From the human T2T-CHM13v2.0 reference genome, Homo sapiens, in assembly GCF_009914755.1 (NCBI RefSeq), contig NC_060933.1: DNA of 64,000 nucleotides, one strand, 5' to 3'. Numbering within the stretch: the stretch's first letter is position 1; each line of letters opens with the position of its first letter. The notes beneath the pieces were generated by a model. That model searched no databases. It worked only from the letters and a program-made list of their open reading frames with translations, and was not told the origin of the DNA. Of this stretch, positions 25,431-42,800 are shown one piece after another. A program made the position numbers and the translations under genes.

Positions 25431-26099
25431 ATCTGTGCATACATGATTGTAATAGCTATGTCTTCCTAAAGCGTTGACCCCCGTTTTACTACAATATAAT
25501 TTTTAAAATTCTATTCACATTTTTAATAGTCTATGTTGTGTGTTATGAGTATAATGAGTTCAGTGTTCTTATGATTGCTCTTTGCATGATATTTTTTGTC
25601 ATCTTTTTACTTTCAATCCATTAGTATCCTTGCATCTCAGCGTATATTGGGATCACTTGTTTTAATCCAGTCTGACTATCTCTGCCTCTGGAATGGATTT
25701 TAATCTGCTCACATTTAAGATTATAATTGGTATAATTCTATTTATGTCTGCCATTTTACCGTTTGTTTTATATATTTCTCAAATATTTTTCTTTATTGCT
25801 TTATTTTGCAATGAAAGAATATTTTCTAAAATAGGGAACTTTACTAATGAATTATTTTATTATATATTTTTGAGAATTTTTGTTGTTGTTGTAAGTTTAC
25901 CATATAGGTATATGGAAAATTAATTATTCAAATCATCTTCCAATTTATACTAGTAAACTTCTGGTAATACATAGAAACATCATTCTTATATAAATCTCTT
26001 TTATTTCCTCCATTTTAAAGTATTATCACTTTACACATTACATCTATTAAAGTTACAAAGCCAACAATACATTTTAGTAATTATTACTTTACCATCTAG

Positions 26100-26520
<421 letters not shown>

Positions 26521-26899
26521 ATTATACACATGTTATTTAATAAACAATTTATGATAAAGAGAAAAAATGCATTTTTACTGTCTTTTATAATGTCAATGTT
26601 ACCTATACCAGTACTTTTTTAAAAATGTGGATTCAAGTGACTGTCTTCTGTGACTTGCTTTTGGCCTTAGGAATTTATTTTAGCGTTTTTTTTAATGTGG
26701 TAGGTCTGCCAGCAACAACTTCAGTTAATATTTCTGTTTATCTGGGTAAGTCTTTGTGTTATCTTCATTTTTGAAAAATAATTGCTGGATAAGGAATTCG
26801 TGGCCGAGAGTTTTTTTTCCTTTGCATCTTTTGAATATATTATTCTACTGCCTCTTGCCTTCCATTGTTTCTCTTAAGTCAGCTGTTAATCTTACAAAA

Positions 26900-27345
26900 C
26901 ATAGGTGCTCAAAAAATAAACATGTGCATGAATATTTACAGCAGTAATATTCATACAGTCAAAAAGTGGAAACAATCCATACGCTTGTTGACTCATAAAT
27001 GGACACCCAATTTTCAGCTATAACAAAGAATGAAGTACTTATATATGTTATAATATGGGTGAAATTTGAAAGCATTATGTTAAGTGCACAAAAGGACAAA
27101 TATTACTTGATTTTATTCACATGAAACATCAGGAATTGGCAAATCAATTGGGATATAAATTAGATTAGTGGTCGTTAGGGCTCAGGGAAGCAGAATAGGG
27201 TGTAACAACTTTATGCATAATGGGTTTTTGGAAGGGACATGATGAAATTGCCCTGGAACATTGTGAATATACTAAAAGCAAGTGCATTGTATGCTTTAAA
27301 ATGGTTGTTATTAATTTTATATTATGTGATTTTTACCTTCAAAAA
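26900..27345 (+). mobile_element. Old L1M 3' UTR fragment
   Basis: GCAGTAATATTCATA..AAAAAGTGGAAACAATCC..CATTATGTTAAGTG pattern. Confidence 0.65.
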
Positions 27346-28169
27346 GAAAATAGCCTTACTCTATACATAATAAACTCAAGATATGTTACAAATGTACATG
27401 TGAAATCCAAAATATTATAATATTTAAGGAATAGCTAAGTAGAATAACATTGAAATTTAACATAATGAAACATTTCCTTAAAAAAGAAAAAAGCACAGTA
27501 ATTAAAAAGGGAAATATATTTAATATTTTTTCTCTCCATTAAGCATGCCATTAACTGAGTAACAAATCAAGCTGCAATTATGTAAACTACATTTTCTAAA
27601 ACCATAAAGAAAAGAAGAAATAAAAAGGTATTTGGGAAAAAAATCCAAAGGTACAGTCAACTACACAAAAAAAGCTTAGTCTCATTAATCATTATGAAAA
27701 TGCAAATGGTAACTGAAAGAAGATAAAACTACAATTCAAAGAGAAAGCCTAACATTTCAACCCCCCAAAAAGTCTGGGTTTTGGAGATCTGGGATGGAAT
27801 AGGGTTCCTAACCTGACAACAATGAAAGAACCAAACTAACTTCAAAGTCATGACTTTATTTTTAGAGCAACCAGGTTGCCAAGAACTGAGTCAAAATGTG
27901 AGGGAAAACAAGCACCTGCAAGGAGAAAGAGGACAGATGCACTTACATAGGACAGATGCAAATAGACACCACTATGACAAGTAAAGCTGGAATAATCAAT
28001 AAATTCCTAAAGACAAAGTGGGGCTGGTGAGATTGGGAGACCGCTGACAGTTGCAGAAGTTGGGAAAGATCCATCATCTTGAAAACTTTTTCCCCACAAA
28101 CCCACTGTGATCTCTCAAGCAATTGGTAAGGAATCCAAGAGAGTCTGTATATGACACAGATCAGGGAGA

Positions 28170-28460
28170 GCAGAACACTTGGGAGGTGACCAGGTCTTGG
28201 GGGCCGAGCCCTTATGAATGGGATTAGTGCCTTTATAAAAGAAGCTCAATGGAGTTCTTGTGTGACTTCCACTGTGTGAGGACATAGAAAGAAGGCACCA
28301 TCTATGATCCATGAAATGGGCTCTCATCAACACTGAATTTGTGAGCATCTTGACCTGAGATCTTACAGCCTCAAGAAGTGTGAAAAAAGAAATATCTGTT
28401 GTTTTTGAGTCACCCAGTTTATGTTATTTTGTTATAAGAGTCCAAATAGACCAAGATATT
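28170..28460 (+). mobile_element. MLT1A/MST LTR fragment
   Basis: GAGCCCTTATGAATGGGATTAGTGCCTTTATAAAAGA. Confidence 0.75.
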
Positions 28461-29374
28461 CCACTTAATATGTAGGGGAAGGCAACAAAAACTGCCACAC
28501 TTAGAATACTCCTGATGCTGGGAGTATGAAAACAGGAAAAACAAAACAAAACTGCTCTTAAAGGTGAAGGAGGAATATCACTGAGCTCACCAACACAGCC
28601 AGGAAAAGAACAGAAGTGTGAGAAGGCTACATTCCTGAGACCCTGAGAAAATGTACCTGCATAAGACTGAGATGAAATTGCCTACTCTAGTTATGATTGA
28701 AATCCCAAAAAGAAAAGAGGAAAAAATAATGGAGCAAAAGAAATATATTTCAAAATAACTGCCAAAAATATTCTAAAAGAAGTGACAGAAAATCAAACTT
28801 CAGATATAGGAAACTCAGAGAATGTCAAATAGAACAAAAAGAAATAAGAATTCCATCTTGAAAAATCTTTAAAAAATCAAGTCGAAATTTTATATCTTGC
28901 TCCAAATATATAGAGATATAAATAGGTTATCATCAAGATATGGAGAAAGCCATATCATGGAAACACTAAAATAAGGCTGTGGAAGGACTACATTGATATT
29001 AGACACAACAGAGTTCGGAACAAGAAATAGTATCAGAGATGAGAGATAATAGATAATAGAATAATCAATTCTCAAGAAGATGTAAACATCCTACTAATTA
29101 GGGTATGCAGCTAACAACAGAGCCTCCAAATACGTGAGGTAAAACATGAAAGAATCAAAGGTGAACTAGAAAAATCCAAAATTATATTTGCAGACTTCAA
29201 CACTTTTGTCTTAGTAATGGAAAGACTAGGCACAAACTCAGTAATCATGTGGAAGATAAGAACAACAATATCACCAACAAGACATCCAATCTTCAATGGC
29301 AGCTACTCTTTCCTTTCAAGTGAAAAAAAAACAGTATGGCATATTCTCAAACACAGAATTTCTAATGTTTGCGG

Positions 29375-30000
29375 TCTTCCTTCTTTCCATCTTCCTTTGT
29401 CTTCTCTTCCCTTCCCTTGCCTTCTTCCTTCCTTTCTTCTTTTCCTCTTCCTTTTCTTTTTTTTTCTTTTCCTTTCTTTCTTTTCTTTTTTCTCCTTCCT
29501 TCTTTCCTTCTTTCTTTCTTTCCTCTTATTCTTCCTTCCCTCCTCCCTCCCTTCCTTTCTCCCTCCCTTTTCTTCCTTCTTTTCTCGTATTCTTTCTTTC
29601 TTTCTCACGTTCTTGCTTTCTTTCCTTTTTTCTCCCTTCCTCCCGCCCTCCTTTTCTTCCTTCCTCCCTCCCTTCCTTTCCTCTTTTTCCTTCCTTCCTT
29701 CGCCTCTTTATTTTCTTTGTTTCTTTGCCTTCCTCCCTTTTACCATTCTCTCTTCCTCCTTTTCTTCCTCCCTTCCTCCTTTCTTTCTTTCTCTCTTTCT
29801 CTCTTTCTTTCTGTTTCTTTCTTTCTTTTCTTTCCTTCCCTCTTTCTTTCTTGTGTTCATGTTTTCTTTTTTCTCCCTTCCTGCCTTTCTCCCTTCCTCC
29901 CTCCCTCCCTTCCTTCCCTCATCTCCTCCTTCTTTTCTTTCTTCTTTCTTTATTTCCTTCCTTCTTTTTCTTTCTTCGTTTTCTTTTCTTTCTCTTTACT
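29375..30000. repeat. CT-rich polypyrimidine tract (about 625 bp)
   Basis: mixed TTTC/TTCC/CCCT units, very few purines. Confidence 0.95.
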
Positions 30001-30086
30001 ACAATTCATATTATTTTTAAAAAATTAAGAGAGGGAGACAGAAAAATAAAGAACGCTTTAATCTGCAGGTAAATAGATTATGTCTG

Positions 30087-30900
<814 letters not shown>

Positions 30901-31885
30901 TATTGTAATTGTATCATGAAAATGAGAACCATAATTTACAACTGCTTTTAATACTGCACTTGGATGTTTGAAATCACGTACGTGGAAATGATCTCTATGT
31001 ACATGAGGGAGGATAGCAAATTGATGCCAAAATAATGCAAATGCAAATCTTACACACATTTCTATGTAGGTTTCATTTAATCTTTGAAATTAAAATGAAA
31101 TTAAAAGACTGTGATATTTTGATGAAATTAGACTAAAATGAACAATAACAAAATAAGAACTCACTTATATTCTTTATATGGTCAATAAAGAAGTGATAGT
31201 GGAAAAAAACAAGATCAAATGAAGGTGATGATTTAGGAAGCTGGAAAGATAGCTGAAACTACAAAATGGTATATAACCAGTGAACACTTAGACACACTGA
31301 TTGATGAACTTCAGCTTTAGCTTGGTGAGAGCATAAAATGAGAGCAGCTGAGGTTTGCAAATTTGTAATCTCCTTGTGGAAAAACAGGGGAAAACACATC
31401 TCAGCCTAATAAGATTTATCTACTAAGGAGTCTAGACTTGGTCCATTTGTCCTTGTAATTCAAAAGCTAATTCAAATACTGATTTGATGTATTGTGTGAA
31501 CAACCATTGCTGATTATCATCGCATATCTGGCATTCTCTTTTATCTGATATCTAAAATATTTGGTAATCCCTGGACTTTCTCTTTTCAAACCCAGTACGG
31601 TTTAATTTGAGTCTTAGAACAGTTGTCTTTGAGAAATTCTTCCCTCTACTGCATCTGTGAATGGGCATAGCATGGTTACATACATACTGTCACTCCATAG
31701 AACATTTGTTAAATTAAAGCCAAAGCTTAAAGCAACAGCTTTAACTCACTGGTTTTACTAATGTTTTCCTCCCCAATAGCCACAACAATATTGATACCCT
31801 CACACCTTTTAACATAAAGCTTGGTGTTGTCTATTTTTCAGGTGTTGTCGTCTATATGATCTCAGTATTTTAAAAATCAGCTTCC

Positions 31886-32196
<311 letters not shown>

Positions 32197-33768
32197 TCAG
32201 CTCTCATTGATTTCTATGTAAATATGCACAGGTGATGTCCATATAGACATAAATAATAATATTTCTGACAATGGGTCCATATGATCTTCAACATGTAAAA
32301 TGCTTATCTGTGTAATTGACTGGTTAGTCTCATTAATGAATGTAGATTCAATTCTACTTTCTTGTTCTAGATAAATTATATAATCTAGCTTTTCATTTCA
32401 CTTATTTACTGATAACAAGAGGAAGAATGACAAGATATCTATTTTGGAAAATTACTCTGGTAGGAGTAAAGATGAAACAATGATAGAATTGCACAGAAAA
32501 CTAGAAAAAAGTATGGTCTTCTGATATTCTATCACATCACATACTAAAGGCCTCATAAAACTCAGATATTTTATCTAAAAATGTTATTTTCATCATAGGA
32601 ATGATCAAAGCATGAGACTACAATTGTATTAAAATGTGCTTGTATCACAAGCACTGGTGCTAAAAAGGAGGGGAAAACATCATTACTGATATTTTCAATG
32701 TATGTTTTACTTTTCATCAACATGAACCTCAACTTGATATGATGCAAATTGAAGGAAATCACCCATAATTCCATATGAAAAAGGCCTGTGATATTTTATG
32801 GGAAAATAAACAGAGAAAATGCTAACAGAAACCCTATTAAGCATGAAGCTTTATGGAGCAAACACAAATCCAGTGGTGAAAGATACACACTCGAGTTCTC
32901 TTTGTTGTCTTGGAACAATACGGTTTAGAGGTGACTGGCGGGTGAGGAGAACATATGCGAGTTCACCAAAGAGAAAAGCTGAATGAGGCAATGCCTCTTC
33001 CTGACCATATCTCTTACTCAGATAACTATATAATTTATTGTCCAGTAAAGGGAATATTAAAAAATCATATTAAAAGTCATGCAGTGAAGTTGTCCAGGGA
33101 AATCAAGACTTAACAGTCTCACTCTGACAATAATGAACAGGGGGATTCCCTCAAGATAGACTAGGACATGACCCCACACTGGCAGATAGTAGTATCAGAA
33201 AAGAACCCATGGAAAATCTTTACCTTATGCTTGAGGTAGGGACCAGGCTAAAGTGAAAGCCAGACATAAAATTCTATCTAAAATAAATCCACAATCGAAG
33301 AAAATATGTGGTGTACAGGCATAGAATGTCTTTACTGGATCATTGAAATAGTAAGATAAATTCAACTTTTTACATTGTTTTCTTTTCCTCCAGTTAGGGC
33401 TTGAGGTTTGTCTCTGGAGAGTGACTGTGAATTGGAGCCCTGCCTTTCTGGGGTTCTGGTCAGGGGGTTGTGGATGCTTAACATGTGCCTTTCACAGGAC
33501 ACTTCCTTACCCCAGCAGTGGCCAGATGTGCATCCCACGACCAAGCCTCCCTCTCACAGAACATCTGTTGAGACTAGGAGATGCCTGGTGACTGTTGCCT
33601 GACCTGTGTCCTGTGTATTTCTGACAAGAGCCACTCTCAGAGACCCTGGCCAGGAGGAGAGTTAGGTTCCAGTGTAGGTCAGCTCAGACCCATGGAGGCC
33701 ACAGAACCAAACATGGGAAATCACAGAAGTAGGTTTATTACTCACAGATCCAGAGAGAAGAGGGTAGC

Positions 33769-34115
33769 TGAGAAGAGGGTTTAGCTGTGTCCCCAGCCAA
33801 ATCTCATCTTGAATTCCCACATGTTGTGGGAGGGAACAGGTGGGAGGTAATTGAATCATGGGGGCAGGTCTTTCCCATGCTGTTCTTCTGATAGTGAATA
33901 AGTCTCACAAGATCTGATGGTTTTATAAAGGGGAGTTTCCCTGCACAAGCTCTCTTGTCTTGTCTGCTGCCATGTGAGACGTGCCTTTCACCTTGCACCA
34001 TGATTGTGAGGCCTACCCAGCCATGTGGAACTGTGCGTCTATTAAAACTCTTTCTTCTGGAAATTACACAGTCTTGGGCATGTCTTTACCAGCAGTGTGA
34101 AAACGGACTAATACA
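33769..34115 (+). mobile_element. THE1 solo LTR
   Basis: GCTGTGTCCCCAGCCAAATCTCATCTTGAATT ... AAAACGGACTAATACA; exact GTAGC target-site duplication. Confidence 0.92.
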
Positions 34116-36437
34116 GTAGCACACCTCATAGGGCTGAACAAAATGGGGAAGATGAGTGGGGAGCAGGAGAGAGAAAAGGGGTCTGTGGGACTCCAGCCTT
34201 TATTCGGCCCAGAACATTACCCAAATAAGTTTTCCACGGGGCACTAGTCTGTGGGGTGAGTGCCAGCAGGCACATTTCTTGACTCCCGCTGCAACCGAGC
34301 AGGTCACTCTGGCGTGTGGGGGCTGTCCATGTGCGCTGTGAGGTCTGTGGGGTGAGTCAGGTAGGTTGTATCCAACGGTTCCATAGCTGGTAGTCACCAG
34401 GAGGAGGCAACTGTGTAGGGTCAATATCTAGGCCAGCCACACTGAGGAACTGTGAGGGTTAGAATTGGAAATTGTCAAGGGAATCTGAACCCAGCTACCA
34501 TATGAGAGAGTTCAACTTATGTTCAATGTGAATGCCATGGCAATATTAAAAGGTAAGAATTCGCTCCATACGTGCTTGAGGTAAATAGGAGAAACCTAGA
34601 ATTTATGTAAACAGTGAGAAGATTGGATGCGTTTTCCGTCACATATTTTAATACTAGCAGCATATTATATATGTCAATCCATCAGGCATTCAGAAATACA
34701 TGCTTATGAAAATTTTTTGCACCATCAGACAAAAGACAAGGGTAGAAGACATTTGTTACCCTATAAACACTAGTAAATTAAAAACAGAAGAACCTTTATG
34801 TCCTAACATATCTGTGTTGTGAAAGGCTGCCCTGCGAAATACGGGATATCTTAAACATATTTTAAAAATCATAGGTGTCAATATTTTTTAGAAATCCATT
34901 TAAATTTTCTCTTGCTATTTTACAATGCCTATTTATTTATTTAGTGGTTCTGCTGATTTTGATGTATATCCTAAACTTTACATTTTCTTTAAAGGATATT
35001 TTATACAACTTTATGTAAAGGTTTCAGTATCTTCACATTCTCTCCCTGTCCTTTTGTTTTGCTCTTATATGGTGGTCTTGATTCTTTTCTCTGGCTTTTC
35101 AAACCTAGTAAGACTAAGAAACTAAAGTAACTTTGCCCGTGGTTTGGTAATGCCTTCCAAAGCACATCCTAAGCTCTCGTGCATACAGGGGTCTCCTTTG
35201 AGCTCTGTGCTTTTGAGATCCCATATACCTAAATTCCAGTACTCCAAATCAGTACTGCTCAGTTTTAGTTACTAAGTTTAAAAATGTATTTCAATAGCAA
35301 GTTACTTTAGTGCACTCTTGCTTCTTTCTTGACTGCTTGTATACATGTATATTCCTTTAAATGAATCCTGGAATTTATTTAAAAATTTTAAATTATACTA
35401 ATGAAACTGTATATTGTTGTGAATTCATAAGTGAATTTGGAAATAATTTATCTTTATGATACTAAATCCTTTTTATCCAAGAATAATATGTGTCTTTATA
35501 TTTATTCCAGTCTATATTTATATCACTGAGTAAATATATAGAAATGTAGATACATACAGCTGTAGTTATAGATACAAATATAGATATAACATGTTAAATC
35601 TATATCTATCCCATATAACATATATACATGCTATATATGTGTGTATATATATATATGTTTATGTTATTAAAGAGCTCCCTTAAAATTTTTCTTTTATTTC
35701 CTATATAATTTTAGGTCGAGCTTGAATTTTCCTTGTACAAACAAGCAAATATTTATACTAGTTTTAATACTGATGTTTAGACATTGTATCTTATTTTAGC
35801 ATTGAATATTTTCACAATTATCATAAATATTATCTAATATTAATAATGTACCTGTTAAAAATATTTAAAATTTTACCTTTGAATTATTTTATTGTTGAAT
35901 TAAAATTCCTTTAATATGATAGTAAATTTCTATTTTATGCTTTCTCTATGCATATGCAAATTAATCTACCCACTTCTCTATCTCTATGTAGTAACATATG
36001 AAAATCAGGCCTCTCTTCTTCTAATGGACATACACACGTTTGCATATAGAATATCAGACTCTTTACAGCATTTAAAATCTTTACAGACATGAATATTGCC
36101 TTTTAACAAATATATTCTAGCATGTACTGAGAATCCCCTATTTATTTTTAATTTGGGCTAATCAATATTATTATTAATATTATTGGATTACCAAATTTGG
36201 AAACACACTTTCATCCCCAAGGTGGATATTTGTTTTATTTTTTTTTGCCAATTTCTTGTCTTACTGTTTCAAACATTGTTGGATATTATTTTTATTTTAT
36301 TTGGCATTTTAGTATCAACATTTGTAATTGATGTACTCTACATATTTTTTCTTCAATATCTGGTGGGTTTTATAATTACTGCTACATTGGATTTGTAGTA
36401 GACATTGACAAAAATTATTCCTGTATGTTTTATAGCT

Positions 36438-36990
36438 GTATGAAGGAAACTAATATATTTTACCCCTAAATATATTTCCTTGATATATTTCAAAATGGCT
36501 ATTGAGAAGGGCTGGGAATGCAAACTTAGCTGCAAAGCTGTCTTGGGGAGATTTGCATCGGTAGAGAATCTGCCTTGATGCAGCCAGGCTTTCTCTGAGG
36601 TCTGCCCCCTTGTCTGGATCTAGGAAAGGTTAACTGAGCATCTGAGGTCTCCAAAGGTCTGAAAGAAACATTTTCTGTCTATTCTTTCTGAGGACTGCTC
36701 CCAGTGAGGTTTCACCTATGTAAAAAGTCCACTGTTGCTAGCCAGGGTCGTTTTCTCACATAACCTTTTTTTTTTTTCCTGTGATCCAAGACCCCATTCT
36801 TTCTGTAAACTTCATGTGGTAGATAAGCTTCTGCACGCATCGTGTGTCTGGGTCTTCGTTCTAATGGCTCCAGTGTACACACATTGCAGAAACCTGTATG
36901 CCTTTTCTACTATTTATCTGCCTCCTATTAGTGATTTTCAGGGAAACTTCAGAAGGCAAAAGGGACATTCTCCTTTAGCCCATTCTCAGA
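36438..36990 (+). mobile_element. MER34/MER39-like ERV1 LTR
   Basis: ACCCCTAAATATATTTCCTTGATATATTTCAAAATGGCT start; related to the copy at about 38915-39840. Confidence 0.55.
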
Positions 36991-37739
36991 CAAAATCCCC
37001 CAACATTTAACTGATTCCTAATAGCTTAAAATCACTCTGACAAATCCATATATTTATAACCTTTTCTTCCCTCTATGATTTCTGGTCAGCTTGGGTTTTG
37101 TTTTTCATTCCATTTACTTCATCCTCGAAAAGATCTATTTTACGTCTATTTATTCTCATTTATGGACATTGAGAAAAGAAAATAACTTTCATGTGAGAAA
37201 TGCAAGTCCTTTTAAATAATCAGGCCCAGAGAGATATTCAAATGAGACAGCAGTTCTGTCCTGCTCCTCTTTGAGCTGTGTGTTCATCTAGGCTGCTTGC
37301 TGTTGCCACAGTAGCTATTAATTAACCAATAACGCCACACCAGATAGTATAATCCACACCCAATAATAGTGTAACAGTGTATAGCCAGTCACTAATAAAT
37401 GTTATTTCCATAAGCCAATGAGAATTTGTGACAAACCTCTTTGCATCATCCCACTTCTGGACCCTTTTTTGCCTTTAAGAAACTGCTTGTTGCAAAGCTC
37501 CAAAGGGAGTTCATATCCAAGGATACTTGGGTCTGTTTCTTCCAGGCAGCTGTCCTCATTTTGGCTTAAGTAAACTCTTTGAATTACGTTTTGTGCTTCA
37601 GCCCCTTCCACTTAGATTAACAACATGGATTTGTGTCACCATGTACGGCAATTAAAATGTTCACACTTTTCCCCCCGAGGGCACTGATGTGTTTTCCTGA
37701 GCACTTGGAATAGCTACGTAGTGTTTACTGTCTAGATTA

Positions 37740-37920
37740 TGGTTTCTCAACCTTGGTGCTACTTACCTTTAGGACCAGAGGATTCTTTGCTGTGGGAGGC
37801 TGCCCTAGCAATGCTAGGTGTTTCGTTTGACCTCTAAATTTCACACCTCCACCAGTCTTGACATCCCCACAATAACACTAGACATTGACAAATGTCTCCT
37901 GGGGAAAACTCTCCACCAGT
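37740..37920. mobile_element. MER20 DNA transposon remnant
   Basis: GGTTTCTCAACCTTGG..ATTCTTTGCTGTGGGAGGCTGCCC..GACATTGACAAATGTCTCCTGGGG. Confidence 0.75.
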
Positions 37921-38914
37921 TGACAGGCAAAGTTCTGGAAATATTGGAATTGTCAATTGAGATTTTATGTTATCCAAAACAAGTATTTTTCTTTGTTTTC
38001 AAACATCTACTTCCATCTACTTATCTATTTATTTTTTACTTTTATTTGTAACTTAATTCCATCAAGGAGAGAGAGTTCATTTTCTGTTATGCTAAATTTT
38101 TGAAGAATGTATTGATTTTTTATGACATGATATATGGATGATATGTAGATATTACATGTTTGTATTATCAAATTTCAGGGTGATAATAAAATAAATACTT
38201 ATAATATTTATATTGTCACTGTATATTAGTTATTTTCTTCCTTCACTACAGGAGTTTTTCAACCTATAGGCTATTTTTCAATTCTAAGTTATCCAATAGA
38301 TTTTGAAACGTTATGATTAAATATCTACTTCTCAAGCATTCATCTTTGCAAATGAAACAATCCCAAGCTCTTATAATGCACATCATATAAAGGGCAGATT
38401 AGTCAATATATGGTTCAGAAATAATTATGTAATATTTATAAGAATATTAAAAATTTAGATCCTTAACTCAGATAAGAATAATCCAAATTAAAATTTGATT
38501 TTATTACATAATTTAAAATGACACCAGAATACTAGTAAAAATGTAGATAAGTTTATATAATCTTTTTTAGCTGTAGGACTTTATTAGCATAAATTCAAAT
38601 ACAGGAACCAAAGTAAGATTGAGACCTATAGTCAAAGGTTAAAATGTACACATTATAGGGGCATGATTAAACTAATTTAAAGCATGATAACATGGAGAAA
38701 TATTGCACAACATACATTTTACTGAATTAATTGTTAATATCTAATCATTATGTGAGAACAAAATTAAAGAGTAGCTACACACGCACACACCCACACACAA
38801 GTGCAATATTGTCAAATAAACGATGTTCAGCTACACTAGAAATCACACCTGTGTTTCCTCCACAAAAAAGATTAAAAATCACAATAATATTTATTGTATA
38901 TATGGAGGTAAAGA

Positions 38915-39840
<926 letters not shown>

Positions 39841-42800
39841 AAAGACAAATATATATGTGACAAATAATATTTAGAGTGTAAGACGCTTTTTAAAGGTATA
39901 TTTGCAATTTGTGTCAAAACATTTAAATATACATTTGTTATTTTAACTATAAAATTTCAAATAATTTAAGCCAAATACATAGTATATGCAGATAATTTAG
40001 CAATATATCTATGTAGCACCTTACTGTGCATTACTGTAACCAGCCGTCTAATATAAAGAATTAATTAAGGTAGCAGCTGCTTTTCAAAGAGCGCATTTTT
40101 TCACAGACCTATTAAATAAGACAAATAACATTTAAACTTTATTTTTAAATTTGCAGAATAGTAGTTTTCAGCAGATGGTTTATTTTAGCAAATTCCATCT
40201 TCACATAGTGCTATGCTTTTATGAGTTCCAGCTGTTAACTGATAATATTTTACTGCTGAAACTATCATGTGTGATATAATTGCTCATTATGTGCCTTAAA
40301 ACACAAGCAATATAATTATTTTCAACTTGGAGCAAATTAAAATCTTATCAGCAATTTAAAAACTCTAGAGTCGTCTTCTTCTGGTTAATTATTTTAAACT
40401 TGTATTTTTCTCTTTATGTTTTTAGTGAGTTGTCTTATCAAGGAGAAGAACTCAAGCTGATTATTCTTTTTTTTCTCTTCCATCCACCTCGCAGGTGTGT
40501 TAATAATTTCATTTATCAGAAAATGTTCTTTCATATCCATCTTACAAGATGAGAGACCTTTTAACATCTTCCATTCGGATGTGATACCAGTAATGGAAAA
40601 TATTCCAGCTTCATGAATATGGTGATACAAATAGTTATCCGTCTAACCTCTTTCAGTGCCAAATGTTTACTTTACTCAGTGAATTACTCAGCTGACTGGT
40701 AATTTCTTCTGAAATCACTAATGAGAGGATCAGAGTTCTGGCTGTTGTCTGTACCTCATATGACTCCCAGTGCAGACAATTGTTTCTATGGAGCACAGAC
40801 AGTTGAAAGGATTGACTTCCTGTCTAGAATAGTTTCTGCTGTGCGTCTTATCCTTCTTGGGGAGATTTCAGATTATCTGAATTGCTTTTCTATCTTAAGA
40901 AAAAACGCAACAATTCTCCCCCGGGAGGAATGTAAACTGTAGTAAGTTAGCAGAACCAATCCGTAAAATTTTTACGTTGTTTGTTGCAAAATGCAGCGTT
41001 GGTGTCTCCATCACTAACCTTTTCTATCCCTCATTGCTCTTTCTTTGACTGCAATAGGATACCTGTAGGCAAATCTGTATTCCCGAGACAGAGTGCCCTT
41101 TTGGTGAGCTATAAGCACACTCAATGGTAGGCTGAAATACTAGCTTTTATCTATGGCGAAATGGAATCATATAAGTGATTTTTTTAAAAAGGAAATTTAA
41201 CTCTTGCTATTGTTTGAATGCTTGCCCCTTCCAATCTCATGTTAAAATTTGATCCCCAATGTTGCAGGTGGGGCTTACTGGGAGGTGTTTTTTCATGGGG
41301 TTGGACCTTCCTGAATGGATAATACCCTCCCTTACAAATCTAAAGCTATCCTCACTCCTCGGTGCCCTCAGGAATGAGTGTACCATTCTTTATTCATGTA
41401 TAATTCCCCCACCCATCCTTTTTGAGACATTAATTACATGTATGTTACACTGCTGCATGTTGTCTGACGTATCAGTGAGTTTCTGGCTTTCTTATTTTAG
41501 TTTACCCTTGTACTTTAGTTTGTAAAGCTTCTATTTTTTTTCTATAAATTTTCTAATGTTAGGGTAAAATCCATGACATTCTATCTCATGGAATTTTTAT
41601 TTCAAATATTTATTTTTCATCTATACATGTCACATTTTTCATTTTATAACTTCTATTTTTCTGCTATGTTCAATTTTCATTTAAGTACCTTGACATATAC
41701 ATGTATTTATCTATATGTATTTATAAAATATATTTACTTTAAGGACCTTGAAATTTCCTTCTTTTCTGTCATTTATAAATGACTTATTTTTATCCTGTTA
41801 ATATATATCTTAATTTTATATATCTTATGGCTTCTTTGCATGTCAGAGTTTTTTTGGGGGGGTATTTTGATGTAATGCTATTGAATATCTAGATTTTTAT
41901 TGGCTACCTTTGAACAGTGTTGTGGCAGGCAGTTCAGTAACTTCAGGATGCGTATTTGTCTGTTGTTGTTTTAAATCTTCTCTTTAAACTTTGTGGAGTT
42001 AGTCTAGAGCCATCTGTAATTTGGAGCTAAATGAGCACTGTCACTAGGGCATGAACCTCCAGTGGTCTTTACTGAATATCCTGGAGGTACAGAGGGGATT
42101 CCCTTCTCTGATTAGAATTTGGAATATAAAGAGAAAAGAGAAAAATAGAAAGCTATGCAAAAACACGTGCATTAAAATGAATTTTATGTGGGCTTTTTCA
42201 TGAAAATGTTCCTAAGGTATTTTATTTTTTTATTGTGGTAAAATACACATAACATAAAATGTACTCTGTTAACCATTTTAAGTGTACAGTTCAGTGGTAC
42301 TAAATATAGTCATAACATTGTGCAGCCGTCCCTACCATCCATCTCCATAATTCGTTTCATCTTGTAAAACTGAAACTCTATACCCATTAAACAATACTTC
42401 CCCATTTCTTCCTCCCCCCAGCTTCTGGCAACCATCATTGTACCATCTCTATAATGCTAATCAAGCATAGTGGCTGTTTTTCTTGCTTCCTCTAGTCCGC
42501 AGGTAGCATACAAATGTAATAAACTACTTATTCATGTCACATCTATTTATTTTCTGCCTTATACCAAGCTTGTGGGATTCTCTTAAATACAACATTTTTA
42601 TACTTACACCTATGCAATACCCATTAGCATCGCCTTCCTAAATCAGGGGAAATTGAGCCTCTGTAAGGTGGAGTAACTTCCTAAGATGTAAAACTCAGCA
42701 TTGAAGTCCGTATACTTCAATATCCTCCCCTCTTCTCATTTGTCTTTACTGCCTTTTATGTATGTGTTAAATGTTCAATAAATTCTCTTTTTTAAACTGA

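Noticed and set aside
29217-30072. Three 219-267 aa Phe/Ser/Leu-rich ORFs resembling membrane proteins
   Set aside because: Translation of a CT low-complexity tract
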